Source: an uncultured delta proteobacterium (lineage in GTDB: Bacteria; Myxococcota_A; Polyangia; Polyangiales; Polyangiaceae). Taken from it: DNA of 64,000 nucleotides. Under the pieces are notes generated by a model, which was not told the origin of the DNA, did no database searches, and was given only the letters and a program-made list of their open reading frames with translations. Location: positions 32,001-96,000 of the forward strand of contig CAVOKF010000001.1 in assembly GCA_963696385.1 (NCBI GenBank), written 5' to 3'. Positions 28,296 to 39,771 of the stretch are shown piece by piece; within the stretch, counting starts at the first letter, position 1; each line of letters begins with the position of its first letter. The translations under genes were made by a program, and so were the position numbers.

Positions 28296-30536
28296 ATGCC
28301 GGCGGTGTGGCTTCGTGTCGGAGGCCTCTCGGCTCTGCTCGTTTCGGCCGGAGCGTGCAGTCGCATTCCCCAGGGCCGCTCCGCGGTGGACTCCGTCCGC
28401 ATCTTGAACACCCATGAGCTCGACTCGGCAGCGATCGAAGACAAGATCGCCACGCAGGCTTCGACCCGGTTCCTTTTCCTCTTCCAGGGCATCGCTTACG
28501 ACTATTCGGTCTACGACGAGGCGACGCTCCAGCGCGACATGGCTCGTGTGGAGCGGTTCTATCGATCGAAAGGCTTCTTCGACGCGCACGCGCGCGTGGC
28601 TCACGTGCGGCAAGTGAGCCCCAGTCACGTTCGCATCGAAATCCTCGTCGACGAAGGTCCCCCGACGCGGAATCGAAAAATCACCCTCGCCGGAATCGAC
28701 GCGTTGCCCTCGGATGTCGTCGCCGCGGTGCACAAGGCGGCGCATACCGCGCTGGTCGATGGCGCCCGGTTCGACGAGACCCGTTTCAAGGATTCCGAGG
28801 ACGCCTTGAAGAAGGCGCTCACCGACCTCGGCTACGCGTACGCGACGGTCGAGGCTCAGGCCGAAGTCGACATCGGGACCCATTGCGCCGACTACGGGTT
28901 CAAGATCGTGCCCGGGCCGATGGCCACATTTGGGCCGATCACGTTCGAGGGTCTGGATCGGCCCGGGGCGCCCAAGGATTCGATTCCGAAGGCGCCTCTG
29001 CTGCGAGCCATCGACATTGCGCCCGGAGCGACGTACTCGACGGCGCAAATCGGCGAAGCGACCCAGGCGCTTTTGGACTTGGGCGTGTTCGCCTCCGTTC
29101 AGATCGTTCCGACGCTCGACCGACCGCCGCCGGATCCTCCGAGCGTGCCGCTCACCGTCAAAGTCGAGCCCGCCCGGCTACGGCAAATTACGCTGGGGGG
29201 CGGGTTCGAAATCGACGAGATCAAGACCGAGATCCACGGGATTGCGCGATGGGAAGATCGAAATTTCCTGGGCGGCTTGCGCGACTTCAGTGCGACGTTC
29301 CAGCCGGGTGTGGTCCTGTATCCCTATCGCATCAATTACTTGAAAGGGACGCTGCAGTCGCTGCCCGAAGAGCGGCTGAGAATGGAACTGCGCCAGCCCG
29401 GCTTCATCGAGGCGAGGACGACCGGTTTTGTCCGGCCCGAGTTCAACATCTTCCCGATGCTCGTTGAAGTCGTGTCGACGCCCACGCCCCCGAGCGGTCC
29501 CGTGCCCGGCTTCTTCGAAGTGAAACTGCCGATCGGAGTCGAGCGGACGTTCTGGAAAAGGCTCTACGTCGCCCTCGGCTACACGTTCCAGATCGAGGCT
29601 CCCTTTTCGTACGTCGACAGCCTCGATCCGGGTCTCCGGACGGTCACGTTCTCATTCCCGGAGCTCGATACGCATGTGGATCTTCGCGACAGCGCAACGC
29701 ACCCCCACGCCGGGATCTACCTCGGCAATGCGCTTCAGGTTGCCGGCGGCATCTTCGGTGGGACGGCGACCGACGTACGCGTGCAGCCGGAGGTTCGAAC
29801 GTACCTTCCGATCGCGCGTGGCGTGACGTTTGCGACGCGGGCTTCGGTGGGCTTTCTCTGGTCGTCGAACTACGGCAAAGGGTGGAATAGCGAGCTCGAG
29901 AACTCGGCGACAACCGTGGCGAACAGTATCTCCGTGCCGCCGCCGACCGCGACGCAGGAAGCGGCGCGGGCGACGCTCGAGCACGACGTGGAGACGATGT
30001 ACTTTCGCGGTTTCTTTTCGGGCGGCCCGACGACCAACCGCGGCTTTCCCCTGCTCGGCGTCAGCCCCCACGGCGTCATCCCGTTTCTCAATCCGGGGAC
30101 GGCCTCGCAACAAGTCAGTTCCAACTGCAACACCAACGCGCACATGACGCAAACGCCCCAGCAATACGCTGCGACGTTGGAAGAGAATTGCTTTTTGCCC
30201 GTCGGCGGCTTCACGCTGTGGGAATTTCAAAACGAATTGCGCGCCGAGATCGCGGGGCCGCTTTCGGGTGCCGTGTTCTGCGACATGGGCGATGTGTCGC
30301 CTCAGGAAGGCGATATCCGTCTCGGTCACCTCCACCTTTCGTGCGGCATCGGCGCCGCCTACGACACGCCGGTCGGTCCCATTCGGCTCGACCTCGGTTA
30401 CCGCGTGCAGCCGTTGCAAGTGCTGGGGTTCAGAAGCGAAACGGCCGCATCGACCGCCGATCCGGTCAACGGCGCCCCGCCCACGATTTTCAAGATCCCG
30501 GTCGCGCTGGCTGTCGGCATCGGGCAAGCCTTCTAG
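28296..30536 (+). CDS. tamA: BamA/TamA (Omp85) family outer-membrane protein
   Basis: POTRA-like DMARVERFYRSKGFFDA and LTDLGYAYA; FFSGG...RGF, YDTPVGPIRLDLGY, terminal IGQAF; start uncertain. Confidence 0.88.
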   Translation: MPAVWLRVGGLSALLVSAGACSRIPQGRSAVDSVRILNTHELDSAAIEDKIATQASTRFLFLFQGIAYDYSVYDEATLQRDMARVERFYRSKGFFDAHARVAHVRQVSPSHVRIEILVDEGPPTRNRKITLAGIDALPSDVVAAVHKAAHTALVDGARFDETRFKDSEDALKKALTDLGYAYATVEAQAEVDIGTHCADYGFKIVPGPMATFGPITFEGLDRPGAPKDSIPKAPLLRAIDIAPGATYSTAQIGEATQALLDLGVFASVQIVPTLDRPPPDPPSVPLTVKVEPARLRQITLGGGFEIDEIKTEIHGIARWEDRNFLGGLRDFSATFQPGVVLYPYRINYLKGTLQSLPEERLRMELRQPGFIEARTTGFVRPEFNIFPMLVEVVSTPTPPSGPVPGFFEVKLPIGVERTFWKRLYVALGYTFQIEAPFSYVDSLDPGLRTVTFSFPELDTHVDLRDSATHPHAGIYLGNALQVAGGIFGGTATDVRVQPEVRTYLPIARGVTFATRASVGFLWSSNYGKGWNSELENSATTVANSISVPPPTATQEAARATLEHDVETMYFRGFFSGGPTTNRGFPLLGVSPHGVIPFLNPGTASQQVSSNCNTNAHMTQTPQQYAATLEENCFLPVGGFTLWEFQNELRAEIAGPLSGAVFCDMGDVSPQEGDIRLGHLHLSCGIGAAYDTPVGPIRLDLGYRVQPLQVLGFRSETAASTADPVNGAPPTIFKIPVALAVGIGQAF

Positions 30537-33500
30537 TGGCCGAGCATCCGACGCCGGGGCCCTTGGCAGGGGCTGAGCTCCACGATCGATCCGATCGGCG
30601 CGCCGCCGAACCGCGCAGGCCGACCCGCATCCTGCCGCTCGTCGCTCGGGCGACGGGGGTCGTGCTGACCTTCGTCGTCAGCGCCGTCCTCGGCGCGATC
30701 GTTCATCTGGACACCCCGCGCGTTCGCGTGTGGTCCGCGGAGTTGGTCAACGGGATCTTGGCGCCTCTGTTTCAGGGACAGATTCACATCGACCGCATCG
30801 GCGCGCTCGGGCCGTTCGGCGTATCGGACGCGGACGTCACGATCGACGACGCGACCGGACGCCCCGTCATCGTCGCTCGGGGCGTTCGATCGAGCATCCG
30901 AACGCTCGCGCTCGTCCGTTCGGCGCTGCTCGCGCGGGGGGCGCCGCTCACGATCGATCTGTTCGACGTGTCGATCGACCAGGGCGACGTGCGGCTGGAC
31001 ACCGACGCCCAAGGTCGGCTCGACCTCGTCGGCACCTTCGATCCGAGGACGCCGAGCGCGTCCTCGAGTGCGAAGGATCGCGGGGTGCGGTTGGCCATTC
31101 GCGGCATCGCGGTGGGACACGTCCGCGTGCACGGTCGGATCGCCGGCGCCCCGGCGATCGATGTCGATCTGAACGACATCGCGGGCGCGTTCGCGTACTC
31201 GCCCGACGCGATCGAGGGCGACGTCGTCCGGGCGTCGATCTTCGCTCATCGGATCGCGAACGGCGCGGATGTCGTCGGGTCGCTCCGAGGGCACGTCCGA
31301 GGGCCCTTCGATCCGAAGGCGAAGATCGCCGGGCACATCGACTGGCAAGGGATCGTCGGAGGGATCGCCCATTCGGTCCAACTCACGATCGACCGCGACC
31401 GGGTCGATGGGACGGCCGACGCCCCTCGCATCGATCCGGTCGCCCTGCGGTCGCTCGGGATCGACTTGCCGATCCATCGACCGGCCGCGCTTCGCGTCGA
31501 AGCGCGCGGCACGCTGCCCGATCTGCACTTCGATGCGAATGCCGCGTTGGGCGATGCCGGCTTGCATGCGGCCGGTTTGCTGTCCCTGGGCGCCGACCGG
31601 CACGCCCGCGTCTCGTTCGAATCGCACGGCGTCGACATCCGCGAGCTCCTCGGGTCCGGCCCCGCTTCGCGCCTCGGCGTCAACGGCGACGTGGCGGCCG
31701 CGATCCAGGCGGACGGCGCCGTCACCGCGGATGCGACCCTGCGCCTCGGCGGCACCGTCGGATCCTACGAAATCCCGGCGGCATCGATCCGCGCCACGGT
31801 CGGGCGTTCGCACACGAGTCCGCTGACCGGGCGCGCCGACGTCGTGATCGACGAGCCTTCCGCACCGACGCGCCTTTACGTGACCGTCGGGCCCAAGAGC
31901 CTGTCCACCCTCGACTTTGCCCTGACGTCGGATGCCGTCGATCTCGATCGGATTCCCCAAATCCACCGCGCGGCGCAAGGCCGAGCGCACCTTCAGGTCG
32001 ACGGCAGTCTGGATCTCGGCCGCATGACCGTCGACGCGCGGGTGCAGGCTCGCGCCGCCCAACTCGCCCGGGGATCCACCCGCGCCGACCGCATCTCGCT
32101 CGAAGCTCGAGTGCACGGCTTCGTGGCCGATCCCGACTTCGAAGTCACGTTGCACGGTGAAGGCCTCGTCGTCGGGGGGGAGCGCCTCACCGTGGGCGAC
32201 GTCCGCGCCGTCGGTCGACCGACGGCTTGCCACGTCGTCGCCTCCGCGCACGGGCCGAACGTTGGGGAGGCGGATGCCCGCTTCGATGCGGAGGTCGACG
32301 GCGGGCTCTCGCTCACGGCGATGCACGCGGCACTCGCTCGATCGGGCGAACGGGCCGTCGTCACCGCGAACCGCGTTCGGGTGGACGCCGAGGGCATCCG
32401 CGTCGAGCAGGCGCGGATTCAAGGACTCGGCGCCCCGGTGACCGCCACGTTTGCGCTGTCGCGAGCCACTCTGCGCCTGCACGCGTCGACGGTCGGAATC
32501 GATCTCGCGCGCGCCGGTCGGCTGGCGCATGTCGATAGCGTGCTCGAGGCCGGAACTCTCGCCTTCGATGCGGACATGGACGTGCGCCGAAGCGGCGGGG
32601 CCCGCGGCCGCGCCACCGTCACGCTGAGCGGGGCCTCGCTCGGAGGCGTTCGGAATGTCGGCGCCGCGCTGGAGGTCCAGATCGCAGGGCGCACGATCGC
32701 CGGCAAGGCCCACGCCGAAGTTCCCGGCGTCGGGTCCCTCGGGATCGATGTGCCCAAGCTCGACATCGCCGGCACGGCGCCGCTTTCGATCGCTTCGTGG
32801 AGGCAGGCGTACGGATCCGTCGGCATCGACGCGCACGTCGATCTGGCCAAGGCGGCCTCGATCCTTCCCGCGGAGACCGCGTGGCTCGGCCAAGCTCGTG
32901 GAGACGTCGTGCTCCGGGCGCACGGGCGGCGCGATCCGGCGTCGACGCCCGAGATCGGCATCTCGGTCGCGACGCACGACCTGGCTTACGCGCCCAGGAC
33001 GCCGACATCTCGTCAGATCGACGGGGTCCTGGTGATCGAACCGCCGCCTTGGCACCTCGATGGCGTCGACTTCGACGTCGACGGCACCGTCGACGCCCAG
33101 ACCGGCAGGGTCGACTTCGTGACCCGCATCCACGATCACGATGGGAATCTCGCCGAGGTGCATGCCTCTTCGCCGAACTTTCCGGTCGAGGATCTCATCG
33201 AGCAACCGGATCGCCTCGCATCCGATCTCCGACAAACGGCGTTCGACGTGCATGTCGACGTGCCGGAGCGAGAGCTGGGCGACCTACCGGACCTCTTGAA
33301 GCAGGACTTCGTCGACGGCACGCTCAAGGCCGATCTCCGTCTCAAGGGCACAGTGCTCGACCCCGAAGTCGTCCTCGCCGCGACGCTAAGGAACTCTCAC
33401 TTCTCGAGCGAACAAGCATCCGCGACTCCGATCGATTTCGACATCGCGGCGCACTACGACGGCCGTCACGGCACCGCGTCGGTGAAGGCCCGCGCCGACG

Positions 33501-35302
33501 GGCGGCCGATGCTCGACTTCGAGGGGCAGGGCGATTCCGCCGTGGGGTCGTGGCTCGATAGGACGGGCTCGCCGGCATGGAAGGCCTCGGCTCGAGCCCA
33601 CTTCTCCGACTTCCCGCTCGAGACGATCCCCGCCCTCGACGACAAGCTCGTCTCCGGTCGAGTGAGCGGCGACTGCTCTGTCGTCAACCTCCACGACGAC
33701 GCCCGTTTGGAGGGAACCCTCGATGTCGAAGCACTGCGGATCGGCAGTTACCGGTATCGCTCCGCCCAGATCAAGCTGGGTGCCGACGGTCACGATGTCG
33801 ACGCGGACGCTCGCATCGACCAAACCGACGGCTTTGCTCAGGTCAAGGCCCGTGCGGCGATGGCTTGGGGGTCCAGACCGATCCCGACGCTGGATCCCGG
33901 CCGGCCACTCGACGTCGACCTGACGACCAAGAATTTCCGCATTGGCGTGCTGCAGGTCTTTCTGGGCGGCACGTTCGACGAACTCGACGGACGGCTGGAC
34001 GGGGAAACGCACATCGAGCTCGACCCGAAAACGAGAGGCGCGAAGCTCTCGGGCAACCTGGCGTTGAGCCGTGGCGCGATCGAAGCCTCCGCGGGCGGTG
34101 GCGAGTTCCACGACATCGCCGCCCAAATTCGCTTCTCGCCGGACGGGACGGTGGCTCTTCAGTCGCTCACGGCCTCGGGCGTGACGGGACGGCTGCAAGC
34201 GACCGGGTCGGCGCAGCTGGACGGCACGCGCCTCCGGTCGGCCAAGGCGGTCATCGAGATCCCCCACGGTTCGGGGGTCCCGATCAGCGCGGCCGGCGCC
34301 GAAGTGGGGACGATCGACGGGCGGATCGAGGTCTCGGCGGTGACGTCGGATGAGGGACGCACGACGGGCGTCCGCGTGACGGTGCCCCATTTGCGGGTCG
34401 TATTGCCGGACGCAGCGACGAACGACGCGATCGCACTCGAACCGATGCCTCGTGTTCGCATCGGCGTGCATCGAGGGCAGCCCGACACGTTCGTTCTCGT
34501 TCCGATCGATCCCGTGCAGCCCGCCGCGGGATCGTCGCGGGCCCGGGCGCGTCTGAACATCGCCGCGAAGCTCGTCGACGTTCAGGTGGTCCGCGGCACC
34601 GACATCCGAGTCGACCTCGACGGCAGCCTGACGATCGAAGCCGGAGCGACCACCGACGTCACCGGACAGATCCATTTGAAGAGCGGCGGTCAGATCGCAT
34701 TTCAGGGCAAGAATTTCACGGTCGAAAGCGGGACGGTGACGATGGTCGGGCCGGATCCATCGAACCCGCAAGTCCTCCTCAAGGCCGGTTGGACGGCCCC
34801 GGACGGCACGATCGTGTACGCGAACTTCATCGGTCCGCTCAAGACCGGAAAGGTCACGCTCACCTCCGAGCCGCAGCTGCCGCAAGAGCAAATCGTCGAG
34901 CTCTTGGTCTTTGGGTCGGCGATCGGGCAGCAGGAGCAAGCGTCCTCGTCCTCGTCCTCGACCTCGACCTCGACCTCGGCCGCGACGACCGCGGTCGGGC
35001 CGGTCGGGGGTCAAGCCGCACAACCCTTGAACCACATACTGAATCAGTTCGGTCTCGGCGCCGTGACGACGACGGTCGACACGACCCAATCGGCGAACCC
35101 GAAACCCGAGGTGGCCGTCCGCATCGCACGCGACATCACGGTGCAGATCGCCTACGTGCTCGGAGTGCTTCCGTACGGCGTGAACCCGGATACGACGCTC
35201 GTGACCGTCGACTGGCGCTTCGTGACCCACTGGTCTCTCGCATCGACGGTCGGCAATGCGGGGTCGGCGATCTTCGACCTCTTGTGGAAGGCGAGCTACT
35301 GA
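30536..35302 (+). CDS. tamB: TamB family translocation/assembly module protein
   Basis: About 1590 aa, N-terminal TM anchor, beta-rich; C-terminal FQGKNFTVESG, LTSEPQLPQEQIVELLVFG, DLLWKASY; directly follows tamA. Confidence 0.88.
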   Translation: MAEHPTPGPLAGAELHDRSDRRAAEPRRPTRILPLVARATGVVLTFVVSAVLGAIVHLDTPRVRVWSAELVNGILAPLFQGQIHIDRIGALGPFGVSDADVTIDDATGRPVIVARGVRSSIRTLALVRSALLARGAPLTIDLFDVSIDQGDVRLDTDAQGRLDLVGTFDPRTPSASSSAKDRGVRLAIRGIAVGHVRVHGRIAGAPAIDVDLNDIAGAFAYSPDAIEGDVVRASIFAHRIANGADVVGSLRGHVRGPFDPKAKIAGHIDWQGIVGGIAHSVQLTIDRDRVDGTADAPRIDPVALRSLGIDLPIHRPAALRVEARGTLPDLHFDANAALGDAGLHAAGLLSLGADRHARVSFESHGVDIRELLGSGPASRLGVNGDVAAAIQADGAVTADATLRLGGTVGSYEIPAASIRATVGRSHTSPLTGRADVVIDEPSAPTRLYVTVGPKSLSTLDFALTSDAVDLDRIPQIHRAAQGRAHLQVDGSLDLGRMTVDARVQARAAQLARGSTRADRISLEARVHGFVADPDFEVTLHGEGLVVGGERLTVGDVRAVGRPTACHVVASAHGPNVGEADARFDAEVDGGLSLTAMHAALARSGERAVVTANRVRVDAEGIRVEQARIQGLGAPVTATFALSRATLRLHASTVGIDLARAGRLAHVDSVLEAGTLAFDADMDVRRSGGARGRATVTLSGASLGGVRNVGAALEVQIAGRTIAGKAHAEVPGVGSLGIDVPKLDIAGTAPLSIASWRQAYGSVGIDAHVDLAKAASILPAETAWLGQARGDVVLRAHGRRDPASTPEIGISVATHDLAYAPRTPTSRQIDGVLVIEPPPWHLDGVDFDVDGTVDAQTGRVDFVTRIHDHDGNLAEVHASSPNFPVEDLIEQPDRLASDLRQTAFDVHVDVPERELGDLPDLLKQDFVDGTLKADLRLKGTVLDPEVVLAATLRNSHFSSEQASATPIDFDIAAHYDGRHGTASVKARADGRPMLDFEGQGDSAVGSWLDRTGSPAWKASARAHFSDFPLETIPALDDKLVSGRVSGDCSVVNLHDDARLEGTLDVEALRIGSYRYRSAQIKLGADGHDVDADARIDQTDGFAQVKARAAMAWGSRPIPTLDPGRPLDVDLTTKNFRIGVLQVFLGGTFDELDGRLDGETHIELDPKTRGAKLSGNLALSRGAIEASAGGGEFHDIAAQIRFSPDGTVALQSLTASGVTGRLQATGSAQLDGTRLRSAKAVIEIPHGSGVPISAAGAEVGTIDGRIEVSAVTSDEGRTTGVRVTVPHLRVVLPDAATNDAIALEPMPRVRIGVHRGQPDTFVLVPIDPVQPAAGSSRARARLNIAAKLVDVQVVRGTDIRVDLDGSLTIEAGATTDVTGQIHLKSGGQIAFQGKNFTVESGTVTMVGPDPSNPQVLLKAGWTAPDGTIVYANFIGPLKTGKVTLTSEPQLPQEQIVELLVFGSAIGQQEQASSSSSSTSTSTSAATTAVGPVGGQAAQPLNHILNQFGLGAVTTTVDTTQSANPKPEVAVRIARDITVQIAYVLGVLPYGVNPDTTLVTVDWRFVTHWSLASTVGNAGSAIFDLLWKASY

Positions 35303-35327
35303 CCCCGCGGTCCACGCGAGAGTGGGA

Positions 35328-36221
35328 TCACGCTCGGGAGCCGGTGAGCGCCTCGAAGCCGGAGATCACGTCGAACAGTTCCTCGTCGATGCCGCTCTGG
35401 CGCAGCCGGTGAAACGCGCCTTGCAAATGCTCGATCAACTCGTCGATGTTCTTGTCGGCTCGCTGCATCGCCGCCAGGCGGCTCGCGTTCTCGCTCGCAA
35501 GCGACTCGGCGCAGGCCCGGAAGAGCGAGATGAAAATATGCTCGCGAACCAGCGCGAGCAGCGTTGCGCCGCCGTGACCCAAGACCTCCGGCAGGGGGCC
35601 CTTCGGCCAGCGCATGCCGACGAGCTTGTTGCGCCACTCTTCGTCGAGCGGGAGCAGTCGTTGACCGACCGGCTCGTAGGCCGATCCGGCCGCGGGGCGG
35701 TTGTGGAACAGGTGCAGTTCGGTGACCTCACCCTTGCTGTGGCGAGTCTCGGTCTGAACGAGAATTTGCTGTACCAGAGGAGTGATGGCGGCGACACCGG
35801 TCGGCACGGTCAAAGGATCCATCAGCGGCAGGCCCGCGTCCGAAAAGCGCGCGCGAACGCGCGAACCGACGGCCCAAACCAGCGCCATTCCCGGAAGCGC
35901 TCGGATGGCCTGGATCGCATAATCCGCCACCACGTCATTGAACTGGCCGACGAGCCCCTGGTCCGAACCGAATACGACGGCACCGGTCACACCCCGATCG
36001 GTCCGTCCTTTCCCCTGCCGGGCCCGAGCCGCCGGTTCGGTGTTGCGAAAGCACGCGCCGAGACCAAGCTCCACGGTCCAGTAGTAGTCGGCAAGTGCCC
36101 GCACCGACTCCCTGTACTGTTCGATGCTCGACGAGGCCAAGACCTTCATCGTGCGGACGACGGATTGGAGCTCTCCAGCGCTCTCGATTTTTCGACGCAG
36201 ACTGGCGGTCGTTTCGCTCAC
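35328..36221 (-). CDS. atpG: N-ATPase gamma subunit
   Basis: [47 protein letters not shown]-coupled to atpA. Confidence 0.95.
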   Translation of the reverse strand: MSETTASLRRKIESAGELQSVVRTMKVLASSSIEQYRESVRALADYYWTVELGLGACFRNTEPAARARQGKGRTDRGVTGAVVFGSDQGLVGQFNDVVADYAIQAIRALPGMALVWAVGSRVRARFSDAGLPLMDPLTVPTGVAAITPLVQQILVQTETRHSKGEVTELHLFHNRPAAGSAYEPVGQRLLPLDEEWRNKLVGMRWPKGPLPEVLGHGGATLLALVREHIFISLFRACAESLASENASRLAAMQRADKNIDELIEHLQGAFHRLRQSGIDEELFDVISGFEALTGSRA

Positions 36222-37975
36222 GGTTTCGCCTTCGGCGCGGTCTTGGTATCCGCTGGGGGCGTGACTGCAGGGGCAACCTGGGGAGGGGTCTCGGGCTTGG
36301 GCGGATTCGGCGCGGTCTTGGTATCCGCTGGGGGCGTGACTGCAGGGGCAACCTGGGGTGGGGTCTCGGGCTTGGGCGGATTCGGCGCGGTCTTGGTATC
36401 CGCTGGGGGCGTGACTGCAGGGGCAACCTGGGGTGGGGTCTCGGGCTTGGGCTGAAAGGGCGCGAGTGCGGCGCGAGCCGTGTCCACCGTCGTCTTGCGA
36501 TCCGCATCGCTCAGCTTGGGTGCGGTCTCGAACCGGGCGAGCACCTCCGCCGAAATGCCGGCCGCCGCGGTTTGCACGGCGCGTTCGGCGTCGGTCATCC
36601 GGTCCATCGGTACCGCATCGAAGAGTTCGGCGGTCAGCGCGAGCAGGACGGCGATTTGCGCCGGGACCGATACCGGACTGAGCTCCGGCTGCTTGAGGCA
36701 CGCTCGGATTCGCCTTCCGTGCTCGATGGTCTTGCGCGTGCCGTCGTCCAAGCGGGCGCCGAAGCGCGCAAAGCTCTCGAGCTCTTCGAACTGCGCATAC
36801 GCGAGCTTCAGGTCGCCGGCGACCGATCGGAACGCCGCACGTTGCGCCTCGCCGCCGACACGCGAGACCGATTTGCCGACGTCGACCGCGGGCAGCACGC
36901 CCAATTCGAACAGAGACGGCGACAGGTAAATCTGTCCGTCCGTAATCGAGATCAGGTTGGTCGGAATGTAGGCGGAGATGTCCTGCGCTTCCGTTTCGAT
37001 GATCGGAATCGCGGTGAGCGAGCCGTTGCCGAGCTCCGCACGCAAGTGGGTGGCCCGTTCGAGCAGCCGCGAATGAATGTAGAAGATGTCGCCGGGAAAT
37101 GCCTCGCGGCCCGGAGGTCGTCGGAGCAAAAGGGAAATCTCCCGATAGGCCCGGGCGTGCTGGGTGAAGTCATCGAAAACGATGAGCACGTCCCGACCCG
37201 CTTCCATGAAGTGCTCCGCGATGCTGGTCGCGGCATACGGAGCGATGTAGATGAGCCCGGGTGGGTCGTTGCCTTCGGCCACGAGGACGACCGTGTGATC
37301 CATCGCGCCTCTCGCCCGGAGGGTCGCTACGGCTTTCGCCACCGCCGAGGCGCGCTGGCCGATCGCACAATAGACACACACGACGTTCTGGCCTTGCTGG
37401 TTGAGAATGGTGTCGAGGGCAATGGCCGTTTTTCCGGTCTGCCGATCGCCCAAAATCAACTCGCGCTGGCCGCGTCCGATGGGAATGAGCGCATCGATGA
37501 CCTTCAATCCGGTCTGCAGGGGCACGGTGACTGCCGCGCGGTCCATGATGGGCGTGGCGGGACGCTCGATCGGCAACCGATGGCTCGAGACCACCGGTCC
37601 CCGACCATCGAGGGGCTTTCCGAGCGGATCGATGACGCGTCCCAATAGTCCGTCGCCCACGGCCACATCCATGACGCGACCCGTGCGCTCCACCTCGTCG
37701 CCGGCGTGCAGGTGAGAATAGTCCCCGAGCAGCACGACGCCGACTTCGCTTTCGTCCACGTTGAAGGCGATGCCGAGCGTGCCATCGGGGAACCGAACCA
37801 ACTCCTCGAAACCGACGCTTGGAAGGCCCGAGATTTTGGCGATGCCGGTGAAGACGGCCGTCACCCGACCGACCTCGTGCGCCACGAGCCCCGCCGTGAA
37901 GCCCTCCCGCGCTCGGCCGAGATCCTCGAACGCGCCGTCGAGGACGCTGGCCAAGCTCTCAGGCGTGGGGTTCAT
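36218..37975 (-). CDS. atpA: N-ATPase alpha subunit with Pro-rich repeat tail
   Basis: [40 protein letters not shown]. Confidence 0.97.
   Translation of the reverse strand: MNPTPESLASVLDGAFEDLGRAREGFTAGLVAHEVGRVTAVFTGIAKISGLPSVGFEELVRFPDGTLGIAFNVDESEVGVVLLGDYSHLHAGDEVERTGRVMDVAVGDGLLGRVIDPLGKPLDGRGPVVSSHRLPIERPATPIMDRAAVTVPLQTGLKVIDALIPIGRGQRELILGDRQTGKTAIALDTILNQQGQNVVCVYCAIGQRASAVAKAVATLRARGAMDHTVVLVAEGNDPPGLIYIAPYAATSIAEHFMEAGRDVLIVFDDFTQHARAYREISLLLRRPPGREAFPGDIFYIHSRLLERATHLRAELGNGSLTAIPIIETEAQDISAYIPTNLISITDGQIYLSPSLFELGVLPAVDVGKSVSRVGGEAQRAAFRSVAGDLKLAYAQFEELESFARFGARLDDGTRKTIEHGRRIRACLKQPELSPVSVPAQIAVLLALTAELFDAVPMDRMTDAERAVQTAAAGISAEVLARFETAPKLSDADRKTTVDTARAALAPFQPKPETPPQVAPAVTPPADTKTAPNPPKPETPPQVAPAVTPPADTKTAPNPPKPETPPQVAPAVTPPADTKTAPKAKP
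36231..36451 (-). repeat. 75-bp coding tandem repeat x3 in atpA
   Basis: Units at 36231, 36306 and 36381 encode [25 protein letters not shown]. Confidence 0.95.
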
Positions 37976-38765
37976 GGGCCTGGGTCGGCGGGGTGGGTGG
38001 ACTCTTGGCCTGCTGGTCGAGGATCTCGCCGACGCGCTCTTCGAGCGAACCGAGGTATCCCGCGAGGGTCCACGACAGTTTCTGGCCGTTCGTCGCGATT
38101 TCGACTCCGCTGATCAGCTCGGGCGCCGTCTCGAATCGAATGCGAACTTCGGCGGAGAAGGTCTCGTTGAGCGCATTCTGGATCGCGGCGCGCTGGTCCT
38201 CTGGCAGTCCGAACGCGCTGCGCACGATCGCCGGCTCGGACGCCGTTTTCAGAGCGTCGCCGAGCCGTGCCTTCCCCGGGCCGTCCATCTGTCGCAAGCG
38301 ACGTGTGAAGATTTCGCCCATGCGCTCTTCCAGACTCGTCGTGGCCAGATCGGTCAGCGCCTTGCGCGCAACGGCAAACACTTCCTGTTCGGTCCGGCGA
38401 GCGATGGCTTGATTGAGGTCGCGCGCCTCGCTTTTCAAACTTTCCTGTCGCTTGGCTCGCAGGGCGTCGGCCGCGTGCGTCGCTTCGCCGATCAGCCGCA
38501 GACGTTCGGCCTTGGCGTCCTCGGTCGCTTGACTCAAGAGCGCCGCTCGCTTTTGGTCGATCTCTTCGTTCTTCTTCGCGAACTCGTCTCGCTCTTTTTT
38601 GGCTTCGGCCTTCTTCGCATCGGCGTCCGCCATCTCCAGAGCGATCCGCTTCTCTCGGGCATCGATGGCGTGCAGGATCGGCTTGTAAAGAAAGCGCTTC
38701 ATCAACCACACGAGGATGACGAAGTTGAGCGCCTGCGCGCCTACGGTAAACCAGTCGATCAGCAT
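37959..38765 (-). CDS. atpF: N-ATPase b subunit (extended, delta-like C-terminus)
   Basis: [15 protein letters not shown]...[28 protein letters not shown]. Confidence 0.95.
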   Translation of the reverse strand: MLIDWFTVGAQALNFVILVWLMKRFLYKPILHAIDAREKRIALEMADADAKKAEAKKERDEFAKKNEEIDQKRAALLSQATEDAKAERLRLIGEATHAADALRAKRQESLKSEARDLNQAIARRTEQEVFAVARKALTDLATTSLEERMGEIFTRRLRQMDGPGKARLGDALKTASEPAIVRSAFGLPEDQRAAIQNALNETFSAEVRIRFETAPELISGVEIATNGQKLSWTLAGYLGSLEERVGEILDQQAKSPPTPPTQAHEPHA

Positions 38766-38768
38766 GGG

Positions 38769-39044
38769 TTACTTTCCCGCGGCGATGACGTGGTTCCAGA
38801 ACGGATTGGCAAATAGGAGAATCATCGAGACCACGAAGCAGTAGATGGCCGTGGATTCGATCATCGCGAGGCCCACGAACAGGGTCCGGGTGATGGTGGC
38901 GGACGCATCGGGCTGCTGGGCCAGCGATGTCACGGCCGTGGCGACCGCTCGCCCTTCCGCCAGCGCGGGCCCCATCGTGCCGAAGGCGATCGTGATGCCG
39001 GAAATGACGATGGATGCGAGCGCGATGGTTGTCGTATTGTCCAT
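38769..39044 (-). CDS. atpE: N-ATPase c subunit, Na+-type signature
   Basis: GPALAEG (Glu in helix 1), QQP loop, MIESTAIY. Confidence 0.96.
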   Translation of the reverse strand: MDNTTTIALASIVISGITIAFGTMGPALAEGRAVATAVTSLAQQPDASATITRTLFVGLAMIESTAIYCFVVSMILLFANPFWNHVIAAGK

Positions 39045-39075
39045 GATAAATCCTTTGGGGGGGTCGTCGGGCGTT

Positions 39076-39771
39076 TCAGGGTCGAGGCACGGGCTTTGGC
39101 TTGCGATCCCGCGTCCGCGTCGCGGCAGCGATGTAGACCGCGGCCAAAATGCTGAAAATGTAGGCTTGAACCATGCCGGTGAGCAGGCCGAGCACGGTCA
39201 TCACGATCGGAAAGAAGAATGGAGTGATCGTCAGTAAAATGCCGACAATCATCGCCCCGCTCATCATGTTGCCGAAGAGGCGGACGGCCAGCGCCAGCGT
39301 GCGCGAGGCTTCGCCGATGATGTTGAACGGCAGCATCATGGGGGTCGGCTCGACGTACGACTCGAGGTACCGGCCGAGCCCCTGTTCCTTGATGCCGTAG
39401 AGCGGCACGGCCACGAATACGCACAGGGCGAGTGCGACGGTGGTCGACAGCGAGCCCGTAGGGGGTTCGAAGCCGGGAATGACCGTGCAGAGGCTCGACG
39501 TGGCGACGAAGAGAAACAGCGTTCCCAGAAAGCCCACATACTTCTCGGGGTGGGCAAGGCCGACGTCTTCGATTTGGCTTTGGATGGCGGTGACGACGAT
39601 TTCCAGACCGTTCTGCCAGCGGGCACGCTCGAGGTCCGTGGAGAGTTTGCGCGTGATGAGTCTCAATCCGACGGCCAGGACGGCCATCAGACCCCATGTG
39701 AACGCAATCGTGGCGTTGATTTTGAACAACCCGTATCGCCAGAAGATCCATTCATCGGGGCTGAGGCGCAT
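39076..39771 (-). CDS. atpB: N-ATPase a subunit
   Basis: SRTLALAVRLFGNM, VQAYIFSILAAVYI. Confidence 0.96.
   Translation of the reverse strand: MRLSPDEWIFWRYGLFKINATIAFTWGLMAVLAVGLRLITRKLSTDLERARWQNGLEIVVTAIQSQIEDVGLAHPEKYVGFLGTLFLFVATSSLCTVIPGFEPPTGSLSTTVALALCVFVAVPLYGIKEQGLGRYLESYVEPTPMMLPFNIIGEASRTLALAVRLFGNMMSGAMIVGILLTITPFFFPIVMTVLGLLTGMVQAYIFSILAAVYIAAATRTRDRKPKPVPRP

Noticed and set aside
30533..35230. Long antisense ORFs here and opposite other genes (e.g. 55-1677, 4788-6614, 59641-62067)
   Set aside because: Expected shadows of high-GC coding strands; no recognisable motifs
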